A stretch of 64,000 nucleotides of DNA from NCBI GenBank assembly GCA_964646975.1, contig CAZYGJ010000013.1, positions 2,466 through 66,465 of the forward strand. The letters run 5' to 3'. A program made the position numbers and the translations under genes. Origin of the DNA: an uncultured Ruminococcus sp. GTDB lineage: Bacteria; Bacillota; Clostridia; Oscillospirales; Acutalibacteraceae. The first letter of the stretch is position 1. The number at the start of each line of letters is the position of its first letter. A model generated the notes under the pieces. That model was not told the DNA's origin and made no database searches. It saw only the letters and a program-made list of their open reading frames with translations. Positions 34,566 to 45,327 of this stretch are shown piece after piece.

Positions 34566-34929
34566 CTTCACTAACCTCTTGGGTGTCAATATCCAAATCG
34601 TGTAAAATTCTGTTGATGTGGGCACTGTATTCAATGCTGTCGGTTGCCTTAAAAATCAGCTCCGGAACATGGCGAAGCTTCAGCCTGTGGCCAAGCTCAC
34701 GTCGAACAAAGCCCGAAGCCGATTCAAGCCCCTTTACAGCCTGCTTTGCACGGTCAAGACCCTCAATAGCACTAATCGAAACCGTGCAGTAAGAAAGGTC
34801 GTTTGTAACCTCAACACGCACAATCGACAAAAAAGCATTGCCGACACGTGGGTCTTTCAGCTCTCTGAAAATCGCCGTAAGCTCACGCTTAATATCTTCT
34901 GTTGTTCTTTCAATTCTGTGTCCTGCCAT
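34552..34929 (-). CDS. rbfA: Ribosome-binding factor A
   Basis: LKDPR, LKLRHVPELIF..DSIE. Confidence 0.95.
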   Translation of the reverse strand: MAGHRIERTTEDIKRELTAIFRELKDPRVGNAFLSIVRVEVTNDLSYCTVSISAIEGLDRAKQAVKGLESASGFVRRELGHRLKLRHVPELIFKATDSIEYSAHINRILHDLDIDTQEVSEDDDN

Positions 34930-34974
34930 TTTTATCCTCTTTTTTATTATGAGTGTTTATTAACTGAATTATAA

Positions 34975-35030
34975 GTGTTCACAATTTTGAAAACGCATCA
35001 AACATTACTGCGATGAAATGTGCAAGAATA
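34975..35030 (-). repeat. Solo partial ~80 bp module between infB and rbfA
   Basis: gtgttcacaattttgaaaacgcatcaaacattactgcgatgaaatg matches array copies such as 17009-17056. Confidence 0.7.
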
Positions 35031-35046
35031 TGCAAAAAACTCACAC

Positions 35047-37449
35047 TCAGTCACGGTATTCTTCGATGGTATAAACCTCGAACATATCGCCCTCTTTGAG
35101 GTCGTTGAATTTTTCAAGACCGATACCGCACTCGTAGCCCTCGTTAACCTCTTTAACCGCGTCCTTAAAACGCTGAAGCGAAGCAATGCTGTCCTCGGCA
35201 ATAACAATGCCGTCACGAATAACTCTTACGCCGCCGCCACGCTGGATTTTACCGCTCTTAACATATGAACCTGCAACCGTGCCGACAGACTTGATTTTGA
35301 TAACATTGCGGCACTCTGCCATACCCAAAACAACCTCACGCTGTTTGGGAGCAAGCATACCCTTCATAGCGGCTTCAATCTCGTTGATGCAGTCGTAAAT
35401 AATGCTGTAAAGTCGCATATCAACGCCTGCACGCTCGGCACTTTCGGCTGCAACAGCGTCGGGACGAACGTTAAAGCCTACGATAATCGCAGACGAAGCC
35501 TCTGCAAGCATAACGTCGGATTCGTTGATTGCACCGACAGCCCCGTGGATAACGTTTACTCTTACTTCTTCGTTAGAGAGCTTAACAAGTGACTGAGTAA
35601 CAGCCTCAACCGAGCCTTGAACGTCGGCTTTTACGATGATTTGAAGCTCCTTAACCTCGCCCAGCTTCATCTGGTCAAACAGGTTGTCAAGCGTAATCTT
35701 GGTTTGTGCGTTGAAAATTTCTTCTTTCTTTGCAGATTTTCTCTGGTCGGCAAGGGTGCGTGCAAGACGCTCGTCGCTTACTGCGTCAAAAACATCGCCG
35801 CCGGTCGGCACCTCGTCAAGACCTGTGATTTCAACAGGAACAGACGGACCTGCCTCTTTAACTCTTTCGCCCTTGTCGTTTGTCATAACTCTTACTCTGC
35901 CCACGCTTGTGCCGGCAATGATTGTGTCGCCCTTGTGCAGAGTTCCGTTTTGAACAAGAACCGTTGCCACGGGGCCTCTGCCCTTGTCAAGCTTTGCTTC
36001 GATAACAGTACCCTTTGCGGCTCTGTCGGGGTTGGCTTTAAGCTCTTTCATCTCGGCAACAAGAGCAACCATTTCAAGCAGGTCGTCAAGACCCTCCTTG
36101 GTCTTTGCCGAAACAGGAATACACGGTGTGTCGCCGCCCCATTCCTCCGGAATAAGCTCATGCTCGGTGAGCTGTTGCTTAACCTGTTCGGGATTTGCTC
36201 CGTCTTTGTCCATCTTGTTTATGGCTACAATAACCGAAACTCCTGCCGCCTTTGCGTGGTGGATAGCCTCAACCGTCTGCGGCATAATACCGTCGTCTGC
36301 CGCAACAACAAGAATTGCAATGTCGGTAACCTGAGCACCTCTTGCACGCATTGTTGTGAACGCCTCGTGACCCGGTGTGTCAAGGAAGGTGATGGGCTTG
36401 TCGTTTATCATAACTCTGTAAGCACCGATGTGCTGAGTAATTCCGCCTGCCTCACCTGCTGTAACGTTTGCGTGGCGAATAGCGTCAAGAATCGAGGTTT
36501 TGCCGTGGTCAACGTGTCCCATAACAACAACTACGGGAGCTCTGCCCACAAGCTTTGCCTCGTCGTCCTCGCTGTCGTCAATAATCTGTTCTTCAATTGT
36601 AACAACAACCTCTTTTTCAACCTTTGCGTGAAATTCCATTGCAATGAGTGAAGCTGTGTCAAAGTCAATGGTGTCTGTTGCGGTTACCATTGAGCCCATA
36701 AGGAACGCCTTTTTAACAACCTCGGCAACAGTAGCCTTGAGCCTAAGTGCAAGCTCCGACACCAAAATTTCTTCGGGAATCTGCACCGTGATAGGCTTTT
36801 GCTTTCTCTCAAGTGCAATACGCTTCAAACGCTCTGCCTCTGTTTCACGTCTGCCCTGACGTCTGCCCTTTTGACGCTGAGAGCGGTTTGCAAACTTCTG
36901 CTTTTTGATTGTGTTGTCCGTGTTACGCATCTTTGAGCTGTCGCTTGCCATATCGTCATATTTTGAGTTGTACTTGTCAACGTTGATGTTGCTTGTACGG
37001 GTGTCGATAACTCTGCGTTTTCTCTGCACGGATTCTTCGGGCTTTTCGTCGGAAGTGTTCTCGCTCTTTTTGGCGGGAGCTTCCTTTTTGGTTGCTTGAG
37101 CCTTTGATTTGTCGGACTTTGCATTTTTTTCGCTTTTTTCGGCTTTGTCCGACTTCTTTTCATTTTTTGCAGAAGCTTGTTTTTTCTCTGTCTTTTCTTC
37201 AGGCTGAGCCTGTGAGTCTTCTTTAGCTTCGGCGTCATCAAGCCTTGCGTTGCGTGTTGCAAAGTATGAATCAAAGCTGTCAACACTGTTTTCTTTGGTG
37301 ATGACATCAAAAATCATATCAAGCTCGCTTTCTTCAAGAGCTGTCATTGTCTTTTTTGTAATGCCACAGTATTCGCCGAGAATATCAATGATTTTTTTGT
37401 TTGACACGCCCAAATCGGCGGCAACCTCTTTAACCTTGTATTTTACCAT
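35047..37449 (-). CDS. infB: Translation initiation factor IF-2
   Basis: [28 protein letters not shown]; ATG at 37449. Confidence 0.97.
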   Translation of the reverse strand: MVKYKVKEVAADLGVSNKKIIDILGEYCGITKKTMTALEESELDMIFDVITKENSVDSFDSYFATRNARLDDAEAKEDSQAQPEEKTEKKQASAKNEKKSDKAEKSEKNAKSDKSKAQATKKEAPAKKSENTSDEKPEESVQRKRRVIDTRTSNINVDKYNSKYDDMASDSSKMRNTDNTIKKQKFANRSQRQKGRRQGRRETEAERLKRIALERKQKPITVQIPEEILVSELALRLKATVAEVVKKAFLMGSMVTATDTIDFDTASLIAMEFHAKVEKEVVVTIEEQIIDDSEDDEAKLVGRAPVVVVMGHVDHGKTSILDAIRHANVTAGEAGGITQHIGAYRVMINDKPITFLDTPGHEAFTTMRARGAQVTDIAILVVAADDGIMPQTVEAIHHAKAAGVSVIVAINKMDKDGANPEQVKQQLTEHELIPEEWGGDTPCIPVSAKTKEGLDDLLEMVALVAEMKELKANPDRAAKGTVIEAKLDKGRGPVATVLVQNGTLHKGDTIIAGTSVGRVRVMTNDKGERVKEAGPSVPVEITGLDEVPTGGDVFDAVSDERLARTLADQRKSAKKEEIFNAQTKITLDNLFDQMKLGEVKELQIIVKADVQGSVEAVTQSLVKLSNEEVRVNVIHGAVGAINESDVMLAEASSAIIVGFNVRPDAVAAESAERAGVDMRLYSIIYDCINEIEAAMKGMLAPKQREVVLGMAECRNVIKIKSVGTVAGSYVKSGKIQRGGGVRVIRDGIVIAEDSIASLQRFKDAVKEVNEGYECGIGLEKFNDLKEGDMFEVYTIEEYRD

Positions 37450-37768
37450 ATAATTCTCCTCCCAATTCTTCGTTTGTAAGACCGACAAGCTTGTCGGCAA
37501 AGCCTTTGTCCTCAACCGAAACCACTCCGCAAATCTTGCCGAGTGCAAGGCTGAGCTGTTCCTTGCTTCTGTTTATTTCAAATGCTTTAACATTATTTTT
37601 GTGAGCCGCTTCCAAAACGGGCTTGATGCTGTTGTGCGAAAAATCGTTTGCATAGAAAACAACGCTTGATTTGTGCTTGTTGATTGATTCAACCACGGGG
37701 TCTGCCCCCAAAATCAGCTTACCCGCACGTCTGCAAAGACCGAGAAGCGATAGTAATCTGTCTGTCAT
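37430..37768 (-). CDS. L7Ae/L30e family protein (YlxQ-like)
   Basis: [21 protein letters not shown]; canonical position before infB. Confidence 0.88.
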   Translation of the reverse strand: MTDRLLSLLGLCRRAGKLILGADPVVESINKHKSSVVFYANDFSHNSIKPVLEAAHKNNVKAFEINRSKEQLSLALGKICGVVSVEDKGFADKLVGLTNEELGGELYGKIQG

Positions 37769-37784
37769 TTCAGCCTCTTTTCAA

Positions 37785-38087
37785 TTAATCGGTGTCATAG
37801 CTTTCAAGCTGTGAATGAAGCTGAGCATAAACCTCGTCGGGGATTTTGCAAGAAAGCGAACGCTCAAACCTGCGTGCCTTAAACGCCTTTTCAAGACAAG
37901 CCGTGCTTTTGCAAACATACGCACCCCTGCCTGATTTTTTGCCTGTAAGGTCAAGCGAAATTTCACAAGCTTTGATAACCTCGCCGTTTTCGTCCTTGAC
38001 CTCGGGAGCTTTCACAACTCTTATCAGCTCCGCCTTAGGCTTCATTTCCATACAGCCCGTGCATTTTCTCAATGGTACTTTTTTCAT
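37785..38087 (-). CDS. ylxR: YlxR/RnpM (DUF448)
   Basis: PLRKCTGC..LIRVV..GKKSGRGAYVC. Confidence 0.92.
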   Translation of the reverse strand: MKKVPLRKCTGCMEMKPKAELIRVVKAPEVKDENGEVIKACEISLDLTGKKSGRGAYVCKSTACLEKAFKARRFERSLSCKIPDEVYAQLHSQLESYDTD

Positions 38088-38141
38088 TTTATCACCGTTT
38101 GTAAAAGGATTGAATAATGATTTTGCAGCTTAGTAAAGCAA

Positions 38142-39263
38142 TTATTCTTCAACAGCTTCGGTTTGTTCCAAAGCCTCAGCTTCGTTTGAAGCCTCGTCGT
38201 CCTCGTCCTCTCCGAAGAAGCCGCTTTCGGGGCGGATGTCAATTCTCCAGCCTGTCAGTCTTGCGGCAAGGCGGGCGTTTTGACCCTTGTTGCCGATAGC
38301 AAGTGAAAGCTGACTGTCGGGAACGGTAGCCTTGCAGCTTTTCTTTTCCTCGTCAACGATTTCAACCTTGCACACGGTTGCAGGCGAAAGAGCAGCGGAA
38401 ATGTACTTTTCGGGGTCGTCACTGTATTCGATTATGTCGATTTTTTCGCCGCCAAGTTCCTCAACAATGTTGTTTACACGCACACCCTTGGGGCCGATGC
38501 AGGAGCCGATTGCGTCGATGTCGGGATTGTTGCTGACAACAGCCATCTTGGTTCTTGAGCCTGCCTCACGGGAAACAGACTTTATCTCAACAATGCCGTC
38601 AAAAATTTCGGGAACCTCCTGCTCAAACATACGTCTTACAAAGCCGGGGTGAGTTCTTGAGATGATAGCGTGAGGGCCTCTTTCGTTGTCCTTAACGTCT
38701 GCGATATACACCTTGATGTGGTCGCCCTCGCTCAGGTTGTCATAGCCGAGCTGTTCACCCTTGGGAAGCATAGCCTCGCTTTTGCCGATTCTGATTGTAG
38801 CCGCACCGTTTTTGGGGTCGATTCGCTCAACCAAAGCCGTAACGATTTCACCGAGCTTGCTCTGGAACTCAATCAAGGTCTGACCCTTTTCGCCGGCACG
38901 AATACCCTGACGGATAACGTTTCTTGCCGAAGCAACGGCAATTCTGCCCAAATGCTTGGTGTCAAGCGGAGTTTCAACGGTGTCGCCCACAACGAATTTT
39001 TTGCGTTTGTTAATTTGCTGAGCTTCCTCAAGCGTAACCTCAAAGTTGGGGTTTTCAACCTCCTCAACAATGGTTTTAACAAGCTTTGCGTCAAAGGTGT
39101 TCTTTTCGGGGTCAATCTTGAACGCAACGTTTTCGTTGCCGCCGTAGTTGTTTTTGCAGGCAATTTCGATGGCTTTTTTGATTTGCTGAAGCATATAGTC
39201 CATCGGAATATTCTTTTCAATCTCAAACATTCTCAACGCTTCAAATAAGTCCTTGTTTGTCAT
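38142..39263 (-). CDS. nusA: Transcription termination/antitermination factor NusA
   Basis: S1 and KH domains, REAGSRTK, AIGNKGQNARLAARLTGW. Confidence 0.97.
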   Translation of the reverse strand: MTNKDLFEALRMFEIEKNIPMDYMLQQIKKAIEIACKNNYGGNENVAFKIDPEKNTFDAKLVKTIVEEVENPNFEVTLEEAQQINKRKKFVVGDTVETPLDTKHLGRIAVASARNVIRQGIRAGEKGQTLIEFQSKLGEIVTALVERIDPKNGAATIRIGKSEAMLPKGEQLGYDNLSEGDHIKVYIADVKDNERGPHAIISRTHPGFVRRMFEQEVPEIFDGIVEIKSVSREAGSRTKMAVVSNNPDIDAIGSCIGPKGVRVNNIVEELGGEKIDIIEYSDDPEKYISAALSPATVCKVEIVDEEKKSCKATVPDSQLSLAIGNKGQNARLAARLTGWRIDIRPESGFFGEDEDDEASNEAEALEQTEAVEE

Positions 39264-39286
39264 TTTCCAAATCATCCTTTACTTAA

Positions 39287-39766
39287 TTAATCAAAATCGT
39301 CAAGCTTTATCCAAGCCGCGTCTTTTTTGTCGATAGTAACTTCGTTTTCGTCGGAATGGTCACGAATCGTGACCTTGCCGTTGTCATAGGCCTTTAGCAC
39401 GCCGTTAAATTCCTTGCCGATGCCCTCAATGGGACGACGCATATTAACCATAATATCCGCCCCGATAAACCGCTCAAAGTGTTCGTCACGCACAAGCTCA
39501 CGCTCAATTCCGGGCGAGCAAACCTCAAGACAGTAGGCGTTTTCGATAGGGTCAAGCCTGTCAAGCGGCTCGTTTACGGCACGAGAAACAGCCTCGCAGT
39601 CGTTGATGTCAACACCGCCGTCCTTGTCGATAAAGATACGCAGAAACCAGCCTGCACCCTCCTTGACATAGCGAACGTCCCAAAGTGAAAGCCCAAGCTC
39701 AGATATAAGCGGCTCGCAAAGCTCCCAAACCTTTGAAACGGTAACTCCTCCCTTGCTTTTAGACAT
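39287..39766 (-). CDS. rimP: Ribosome maturation factor RimP
   Basis: LRIFIDKDGGVDINDCE..YCLEVCSPGIER. Confidence 0.95.
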   Translation of the reverse strand: MSKSKGGVTVSKVWELCEPLISELGLSLWDVRYVKEGAGWFLRIFIDKDGGVDINDCEAVSRAVNEPLDRLDPIENAYCLEVCSPGIERELVRDEHFERFIGADIMVNMRRPIEGIGKEFNGVLKAYDNGKVTIRDHSDENEVTIDKKDAAWIKLDDFD

Positions 39767-39999
39767 ATGATACCTCCCAAAGCGATAAATACAAAGGAGC
39801 GGGTTTGCTGCCCACTCCTTAGTTTAAAATATTCAACATTAGAATTATAACACCGTTTTGCGGTATTATCAAGAGTTTTTTCGGATTTTTTGGAAGAAAA
39901 TCAAAAAATTTTTAAAAATTTTTCAAAAAACATTTGAAATTATGATATATATATGGTATGATATAAAAACAGATGCTTTGAGAAAGCAAAATTTAATAC

Positions 40000-40075
40000 G
40001 CTGATATAGCTCAGGAGGTAGAGTGCGTCCTTGGTAAGGACGAGGTCACGGGTTCAAATCCCGTTATCAGCTCCA
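40000..40075 (+). tRNA. tRNA-Thr(GGT), integration site (attL)
   Basis: 76 nt cloverleaf, anticodon loop TT-GGT-AA, CCA; promoter TTGAAA-17-TATGAT at 39934-39962. Confidence 0.96.
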
Positions 40076-40242
40076 AGGTGAAAACCGCATTGGAAAGCCG
40101 TTTTTAGGTATTATCCCGTGTGGTTTTTCTTTTTCTTTAAAGGAATTATAGGGTGATTTGCTGTTTATTTGACGTTTATTGTCGCTCTGATTTACTTTTA
40201 TTTACTTCAAATCACAAAAAGATAGAGGTATACAGCCTTGTT

Positions 40243-41430
40243 TTATGCTCTTTTTCGATTGGTGTTTAAAATTGCTTCAAAGGTGTTTGCGGCTTCCTTT
40301 TCGGCTTGTTCTACTGCGTGCACATAACGGTTGGTAGTTTTTAACTGAGTGTGACCAAGTCTTGTGGCAACGTTTTTGATGTTTGTTCCGTTGCTTAGTA
40401 AAAGCGTTGCCGAGGTATGCCGCAAAGCGTGGAATTTTTTGTGTTCCAATCCGTTACGCTTTAGAAATTTGCTAAACCATTGTGTGGGCGTTGTCGGGTA
40501 CATAGGCTTTCCGTCTGCTTGCGTAAATATCCAATTATCGCCGCTCCAACGGTCACCGAGCAACAGTTGATATTGTGCTTGCTCTGCCTTGAATTGTTTG
40601 AGCATGGTGAGCATATACGGCGGCAACATTATAGCCCTGCTTTTGCCTGTTTTTGGGGATTTGCTTTTTATCTCTGTTTCGCCTGTCAGCTTGTAATTAC
40701 TGCGGCATACACTTAAAATGCCTGTTTTATAGTTTACATCTTCCCATTTTAATCCCACAAGCTCACCACGGCGGCAACCTGTGTTTAATGCAAGGTGTAT
40801 CAATAATTTATATTGCAACGGCTCATTTTCTAAGCAGTCAAGAAGCTTTGCAAGCTCATCATCTGTGAATATTTCCGTTGTTTGTTCTTCAAGTTTCGGC
40901 AGGGTTATACGGTCGCTGTCGGCAGGGTTTATGCCTATTAAGCCGAGCTTGTAGGCACTGTGTAATATTGATTGCAACATTGTATAATATCTGCGTACCG
41001 TTGAGCTTGACAGCTTGCCGCTCGTTCCGTCAAGGTGTGTGTCACGTTCTTCAAGTGCATTTACAAATTTTTGTATGTGTATGGGTTTGATGTCTTTGAG
41101 CTTCATATGTCCGAGCATTGGGATAATGCAGATATTAAGCATACGGTTGTATTTTTCAAAAACCACGGGTGAAAGCCTGTGCTTTGCGTTTTCAAGGTAT
41201 ACAGGCACATAATCAGCTAATTTCATTCTGCCGTCAGCGGCGGCAGCTCCGTTGTTGCATTGTTCCTCAAACAACACCGCCTGCCGCTGTACTTCCTTTT
41301 CAATCTGTCTTGCGGTCATATTAGGCTCTGGCGTATAGGTCATTGTGCGGCGTATCTGTTTACCGTTTAGGTCATAGCCGCAGGAAACCGTTATTTGATA
41401 ACTGCTTTTGCGTTTACGAATTGTTGCCAT
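40243..41430 (-). CDS. int: Tyrosine recombinase/integrase
   Basis: TGCRRGE, FHALRH, LGH..TTNRYVH; N-terminal arm-binding domain. Confidence 0.95.
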   Translation of the reverse strand: MATIRKRKSSYQITVSCGYDLNGKQIRRTMTYTPEPNMTARQIEKEVQRQAVLFEEQCNNGAAAADGRMKLADYVPVYLENAKHRLSPVVFEKYNRMLNICIIPMLGHMKLKDIKPIHIQKFVNALEERDTHLDGTSGKLSSSTVRRYYTMLQSILHSAYKLGLIGINPADSDRITLPKLEEQTTEIFTDDELAKLLDCLENEPLQYKLLIHLALNTGCRRGELVGLKWEDVNYKTGILSVCRSNYKLTGETEIKSKSPKTGKSRAIMLPPYMLTMLKQFKAEQAQYQLLLGDRWSGDNWIFTQADGKPMYPTTPTQWFSKFLKRNGLEHKKFHALRHTSATLLLSNGTNIKNVATRLGHTQLKTTNRYVHAVEQAEKEAANTFEAILNTNRKRA

Positions 41431-42187
41431 TGCTTTCACCTGCACTTTTTATAATTATATCATCCATCAATATTAGTTTTTCTTTTACTGTTTTTTCTTT
41501 TTCTTCAATTTCGTTTAGCTTATCACTTGCAAATGATTTAAACGCTTCTTTAAAATCATCAGTAATGAGGTGTCGGTTAATTCTGATATTTTTTCTTATC
41601 TCACTTGTTTTTGTATAAAAAGTTAAATACTGTTGTGTTAAGTGAGGAACATCTACTTCATTTATGTCAAAGTCAATAATCTGATTATACAATGCAATAC
41701 AACATTCTATATTCCTATAATAATCATACAAGACAGAGCCTTGCTCATTAAAAACAGGGTTATATTTAGAGGATAAAAAACCGTTTATAAACGTCAAATC
41801 AAGTTCGGCATTTTGAGAATTTTTGCCGCTTATTATTAATGATATTTTTTCTGCTTTTGCGTTGTTTTTATTCGCTTTTATTTTTTGAATATAGTGTAAT
41901 CTTTTGACCGATTTTTCATCAAGTCCTGTGTATGAACAAATTAATTGCAGATTTTCATTTGTTGTGGCAACATCAGATAAACCAAGTAAATAGTCTGTTG
42001 TTGTGTTATAATGAGTGGCAATAATAACTAAATGTTCTAAATTCGGCACTCTTGCCCCGTTCTCATAGTAAGAAATTATTTGCCTTTTAACTTTAAGTAA
42101 CGCTGCTAATTCTTCTTGTGTTTCCGTTTTTGCTTCCCTTAATTTTCGTATCCTGTCACCTGTTTTGATTTTGCTGATTTTCGACAT
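41414..42187 (-). CDS. XRE-family HTH repressor
   Basis: RIRKLRE..TQEELAALL..ISYYENG..P; AAGGAG SD before ATG 42187. Confidence 0.88.
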   Translation of the reverse strand: MSKISKIKTGDRIRKLREAKTETQEELAALLKVKRQIISYYENGARVPNLEHLVIIATHYNTTTDYLLGLSDVATTNENLQLICSYTGLDEKSVKRLHYIQKIKANKNNAKAEKISLIISGKNSQNAELDLTFINGFLSSKYNPVFNEQGSVLYDYYRNIECCIALYNQIIDFDINEVDVPHLTQQYLTFYTKTSEIRKNIRINRHLITDDFKEAFKSFASDKLNEIEEKEKTVKEKLILMDDIIIKSAGESNGNNS

Positions 42188-42330
42188 TTTCAAACTCCTT
42201 TGCAACATATGTGTTGCAATTAATTAATTATGCAACAAAACTGTTGACTTGTTGATGTTGTTACCTTATAATATTAGTGTAACAGTTGAATAATTCATTG
42301 TCAACAATTTTATGAAAGGAAGAATAAACT

Positions 42331-42519
42331 ATGGTAACAAACAAAGAAATCAGAAAAGCGGCAACAGAAAGGGGCGTGTTCCTGTGGGAAATTGCTGATA
42401 CTCTCGGAATATATGACAGCTCATTCAGTCGCAAACTGCGGAAAGAGCTTCCGAGAGCGGAAAAACAGAGAATATTGCAAATCATTGATGAAATTGCAGA
42501 CAGAAAAAATAAGAGTTGA
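42331..42519 (+). CDS. Small Cro-like HTH protein
   Basis: LWEIADTLGI..SFSRKLRKEL; promoter TTGACT-17-TATAAT at 42244-42272, divergent from the repressor. Confidence 0.75.
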   Translation: MVTNKEIRKAATERGVFLWEIADTLGIYDSSFSRKLRKELPRAEKQRILQIIDEIADRKNKS

Positions 42520-42641
42520 TAAAAGAAAACTGCCGCTCTGACATCAACCTATCAGAGCGGCAAAGAAAAAAAGATATACAGCCTAATATTATTATAACAT
42601 ATTATTATGGGCTGTAAAGATATATACGAAAGGAAATTTAT

Positions 42642-42920
42642 ATGAAAAACATTCAATTAATATCAGAACAGCCGACACTTCCCCGTATGAGAACAGTTGC
42701 GGAAGCGACAGCAGAAATAAAAGCGGCAGACCCCAACACGGGTGTCACGGAGTATCATATACGACAGCTTGCAATATCGGGAGTTTTGCCGAGGGTAAAA
42801 GCAGGAAGAAAAATGCTGATAAACCTTGATGTGCTTATTGAATACTTACAAGACCCGACAGCAGAAAAATTCAAGGTTCGCAACGCCGCTGCGAATAACG
42901 GTATCAAAAGAATTGTGTGA
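42642..42920 (+). CDS. Excisionase-like DNA-binding protein
   Basis: MRTVAEA..IRQL..LPRVKAGRKMLINLD, MerR/HTH_17-like pattern. Confidence 0.75.
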   Translation: MKNIQLISEQPTLPRMRTVAEATAEIKAADPNTGVTEYHIRQLAISGVLPRVKAGRKMLINLDVLIEYLQDPTAEKFKVRNAAANNGIKRIV

Positions 42921-42933
42921 GGCGGCGGAACAA

Positions 42934-43305
42934 ATGGCAAAGTCAAAACCAACACCTTTTAAACCGTGGGAAACAACAAAAACAAACGGCATTGAACTGC
43001 GATATATAAGAATGGGTGTTACTCAAATGTCGCACCCTGCAACAAAATCTCTTTCACATTCAGCGTTTAGAGTTTATGAATATATGAAAATCGAAAGTGG
43101 CGGACACAAAGAGTTTGAATACCCGTACTCAAAATTTAAAACAATCATTTCAAAAAAAGGTTTTCAAAGTGCAGTTGCTGAACTTGTAGAAAAAGGATTT
43201 ATTGTAATTGTTGAAAAAAACAAAAATTTGCGGCTTCCCAATAAATACGCTTTTTCCGATGGTTGGAAAGAGTTTAGCCTTAGAAGTGAAAACCCTTTTA
43301 TTTAA
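42934..43305 (+). CDS. Winged-helix protein, possible replication initiator
   Basis: LSHSAFRVY..FQSAVAELVEKGFI pattern; followed by palindromic direct repeats. Confidence 0.5.
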   Translation: MAKSKPTPFKPWETTKTNGIELRYIRMGVTQMSHPATKSLSHSAFRVYEYMKIESGGHKEFEYPYSKFKTIISKKGFQSAVAELVEKGFIVIVEKNKNLRLPNKYAFSDGWKEFSLRSENPFI

Positions 43306-43333
43306 AAGAATATATGGCTATATATAGAATATC

Positions 43334-43472
43334 TGACTACTACGAAGTCAAGCAAGATTTGAATTTATGTGCAATGCTTGACTACTACAAAGTCAAGGTA
43401 ATAAGAAAATAATAAATATCTTGACTACTACGAAGTCAAGGCATCGGGTTTGCTTGACTACTACAAAGTCAG
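43334..43472 (+). repeat. Four iteron-like palindromic repeats
   Basis: TGACTACTAC(G/A)AAGTCA at 43334, 43379, 43422, 43455. Confidence 0.85.
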
Positions 43473-43648
43473 CAAAACAAACTATTGCCTAATTCTATAC
43501 AACTCTATACAAGCAACATTAAACGCCCCGTACCAACCGATTTCGGTTGATATGAGGCGTTTATTTCTTATGCACCATTTGCACCCCTGCGTGATGGTTT
43601 CCGCTCTGCCTTGTTGCAGCAAGATAGAGCGGCTTTATAAGATTGTAA

Positions 43649-43888
43649 TTATCGGCAGCTCCTCTTTTTTGCTCGTTCTTCTCTTATACCTTGTATTCTG
43701 CCTGTGTCATACATAAAAGAAAGCACCTTAAAAAAGTCCCATAGTATATCCTTGTCTACTGCTTTGGTTGCTCTGTATGCAACGTACAATAATTTTACCC
43801 TGTGTATTTCCTCTATTTTCATGTAATTGCTGAGAGCTAAAGCCTCCTGCGGTTCTATTAATGCAGATGGCAAGTGTTTTCCGTTCAT
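43649..43888 (-). CDS. Hypothetical protein
   Basis: 79 aa ORF with AAGGAG SD, ends YDTGRIQGIREERAKKR. Confidence 0.5.
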   Translation of the reverse strand: MNGKHLPSALIEPQEALALSNYMKIEEIHRVKLLYVAYRATKAVDKDILWDFFKVLSFMYDTGRIQGIREERAKKRSCR

Positions 43889-44039
43889 AAATTCTACTCC
43901 TTTAAATTGATTTTTCAGAGCGGCAAGGTTATGCTCTGATATAAGCGAGGTTTATTAACATCGGAATAATGTTGGAAAATGTTGGAGATTAGGCATTAAG
44001 TGTGTACATTGTTTTCACTCCCTTTCAGTTAGTGTGGAT

Positions 44040-44471
44040 TTACACCTTCAATTCAATTTCTAATCCGTAATTCATAAAGGATTGAAACATTCCTTTAACT
44101 TCACGGAAACGGCTTGTAATTGTCTTTCCGCTGTCAATCAACGGAGCTACAAAAGCCGCCAAAGTCTTTGGAAGATAGCCCATAGTATAAGCCCCTTTGT
44201 TTCTGACTGTTGCAATTACCGCTACTGCGTTGCTGTCATAACAGTTTGAGTGGTCACGATACAGGCTTATTTTTATATCCTCGGAGCGGTAGTGCGTTAA
44301 GTTTTCAATGGCCTTTTGGCGTTTGCCGTAGGTCACGCCCGAAACCTTTGTTGATACACTTTGCATTTTGACGAGTACCCACGCTTTAACCATTGCATTA
44401 GCTCTGTTGTAACCCTGCTTTACAAGTTGGTTTGCTATTGTCATTACTTTGCTATGTGCTGTGCGTTTCAT
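44040..44471 (-). CDS. HIRAN-domain protein
   Basis: KVSGVTY..RQ..L.R..N.YDSNAVAV..GYLP. Confidence 0.82.
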   Translation of the reverse strand: MKRTAHSKVMTIANQLVKQGYNRANAMVKAWVLVKMQSVSTKVSGVTYGKRQKAIENLTHYRSEDIKISLYRDHSNCYDSNAVAVIATVRNKGAYTMGYLPKTLAAFVAPLIDSGKTITSRFREVKGMFQSFMNYGLEIELKV

Positions 44472-44664
44472 CTGTAACGCCCCTTTCCTTAACTCTGTAA
44501 CTATATTGTATCATAGTTAGTACATTAATGCAATAGTCGAAGTGTACAAACTTTGATACAAAACTTTGTTTATATTTGTACTTGCGTTAATACATAACTT
44601 GTGCTATAATTTGTATAGTGGAAAAGATGACTTATATAAAAACAGTCCCGAAAGGAGTGTAAAA

Positions 44665-44889
44665 ATGGCAATTTCAATGCTGAAAGTAAAAGATATTATG
44701 GATAAAAAGGGGCTTAAAAAGTTTGATTTACGAAAAGCGGGATTTAATCCAAATATAGTAGATAAAATATTATCAGGTCATTTAAGCAAGCAAAAAAGAG
44801 TTGATACTGAAACCATTAACCGCCTTTGTGAATATCTCGAATGCCAACCCGGGGACATAATGGAATATGTGGAAGATACGGCGAAATAA
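44665..44889 (+). CDS. Cro/C1-type HTH (YozG/DUF739-like)
   Basis: KVKDIMDKKGL..ETINRLCEYLECQPGDIMEY. Confidence 0.82.
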   Translation: MAISMLKVKDIMDKKGLKKFDLRKAGFNPNIVDKILSGHLSKQKRVDTETINRLCEYLECQPGDIMEYVEDTAK

Positions 44890-44909
44890 GATTGAAAGGC
44901 TATTAAATA

Positions 44910-45284
44910 ATGCGTACAGATGTTGAAAAGCTCGGAATTATCGGAAAGGATATTGTAAAAAAATTTAATTTGACAATTTCGCCCGATACACCTATTTTTA
45001 TAGGCTTAAACAACAGAATACATATGGAAAATAACCACGGTGAAATTTACCGACAATATTCCGATTGCTTGGGAGAAATAATAAAATCACCCGATTATGT
45101 GGGAGTAAATCCGCACGATAATTCATTGGAGTATTATAAAATATACGGAAATGTAACGTTGCATATAAAACTTGCCGTACGTCCAACAAAGGGTGGTGTT
45201 TACTTTGCTAAAACTATGTATGACATAAACGAACACAGCTTAAAAAGCTATTTAGAAAAGGGCAGAGTTAAGGCGGTAAACTAA
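44910..45284 (+). CDS. Stand-alone PBECR2/PBECR3-like nuclease (Barnase/EndoU/ColE5-D/RelE fold)
   Basis: RIHM..H..EIIKSPDYVGVNP..SLEYYK..KLAVR..YFAKTMY pattern, recognised by eye without an HMM. Confidence 0.65.
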   Translation: MRTDVEKLGIIGKDIVKKFNLTISPDTPIFIGLNNRIHMENNHGEIYRQYSDCLGEIIKSPDYVGVNPHDNSLEYYKIYGNVTLHIKLAVRPTKGGVYFAKTMYDINEHSLKSYLEKGRVKAVN

Positions 45285-45292
45285 AATTGTTG

Positions 45293-45321
45293 TTGACAAA
45301 ACGTGCTTTATACTGTATAAT
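45293..45321 (+). promoter_or_regulatory. Consensus sigma-A promoter with no downstream ORF
   Basis: TTGACA (45293-45298)-17 bp-TATAAT (45316-45321). Confidence 0.85.
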
Positions 45322-45327
45322 TTAAAT

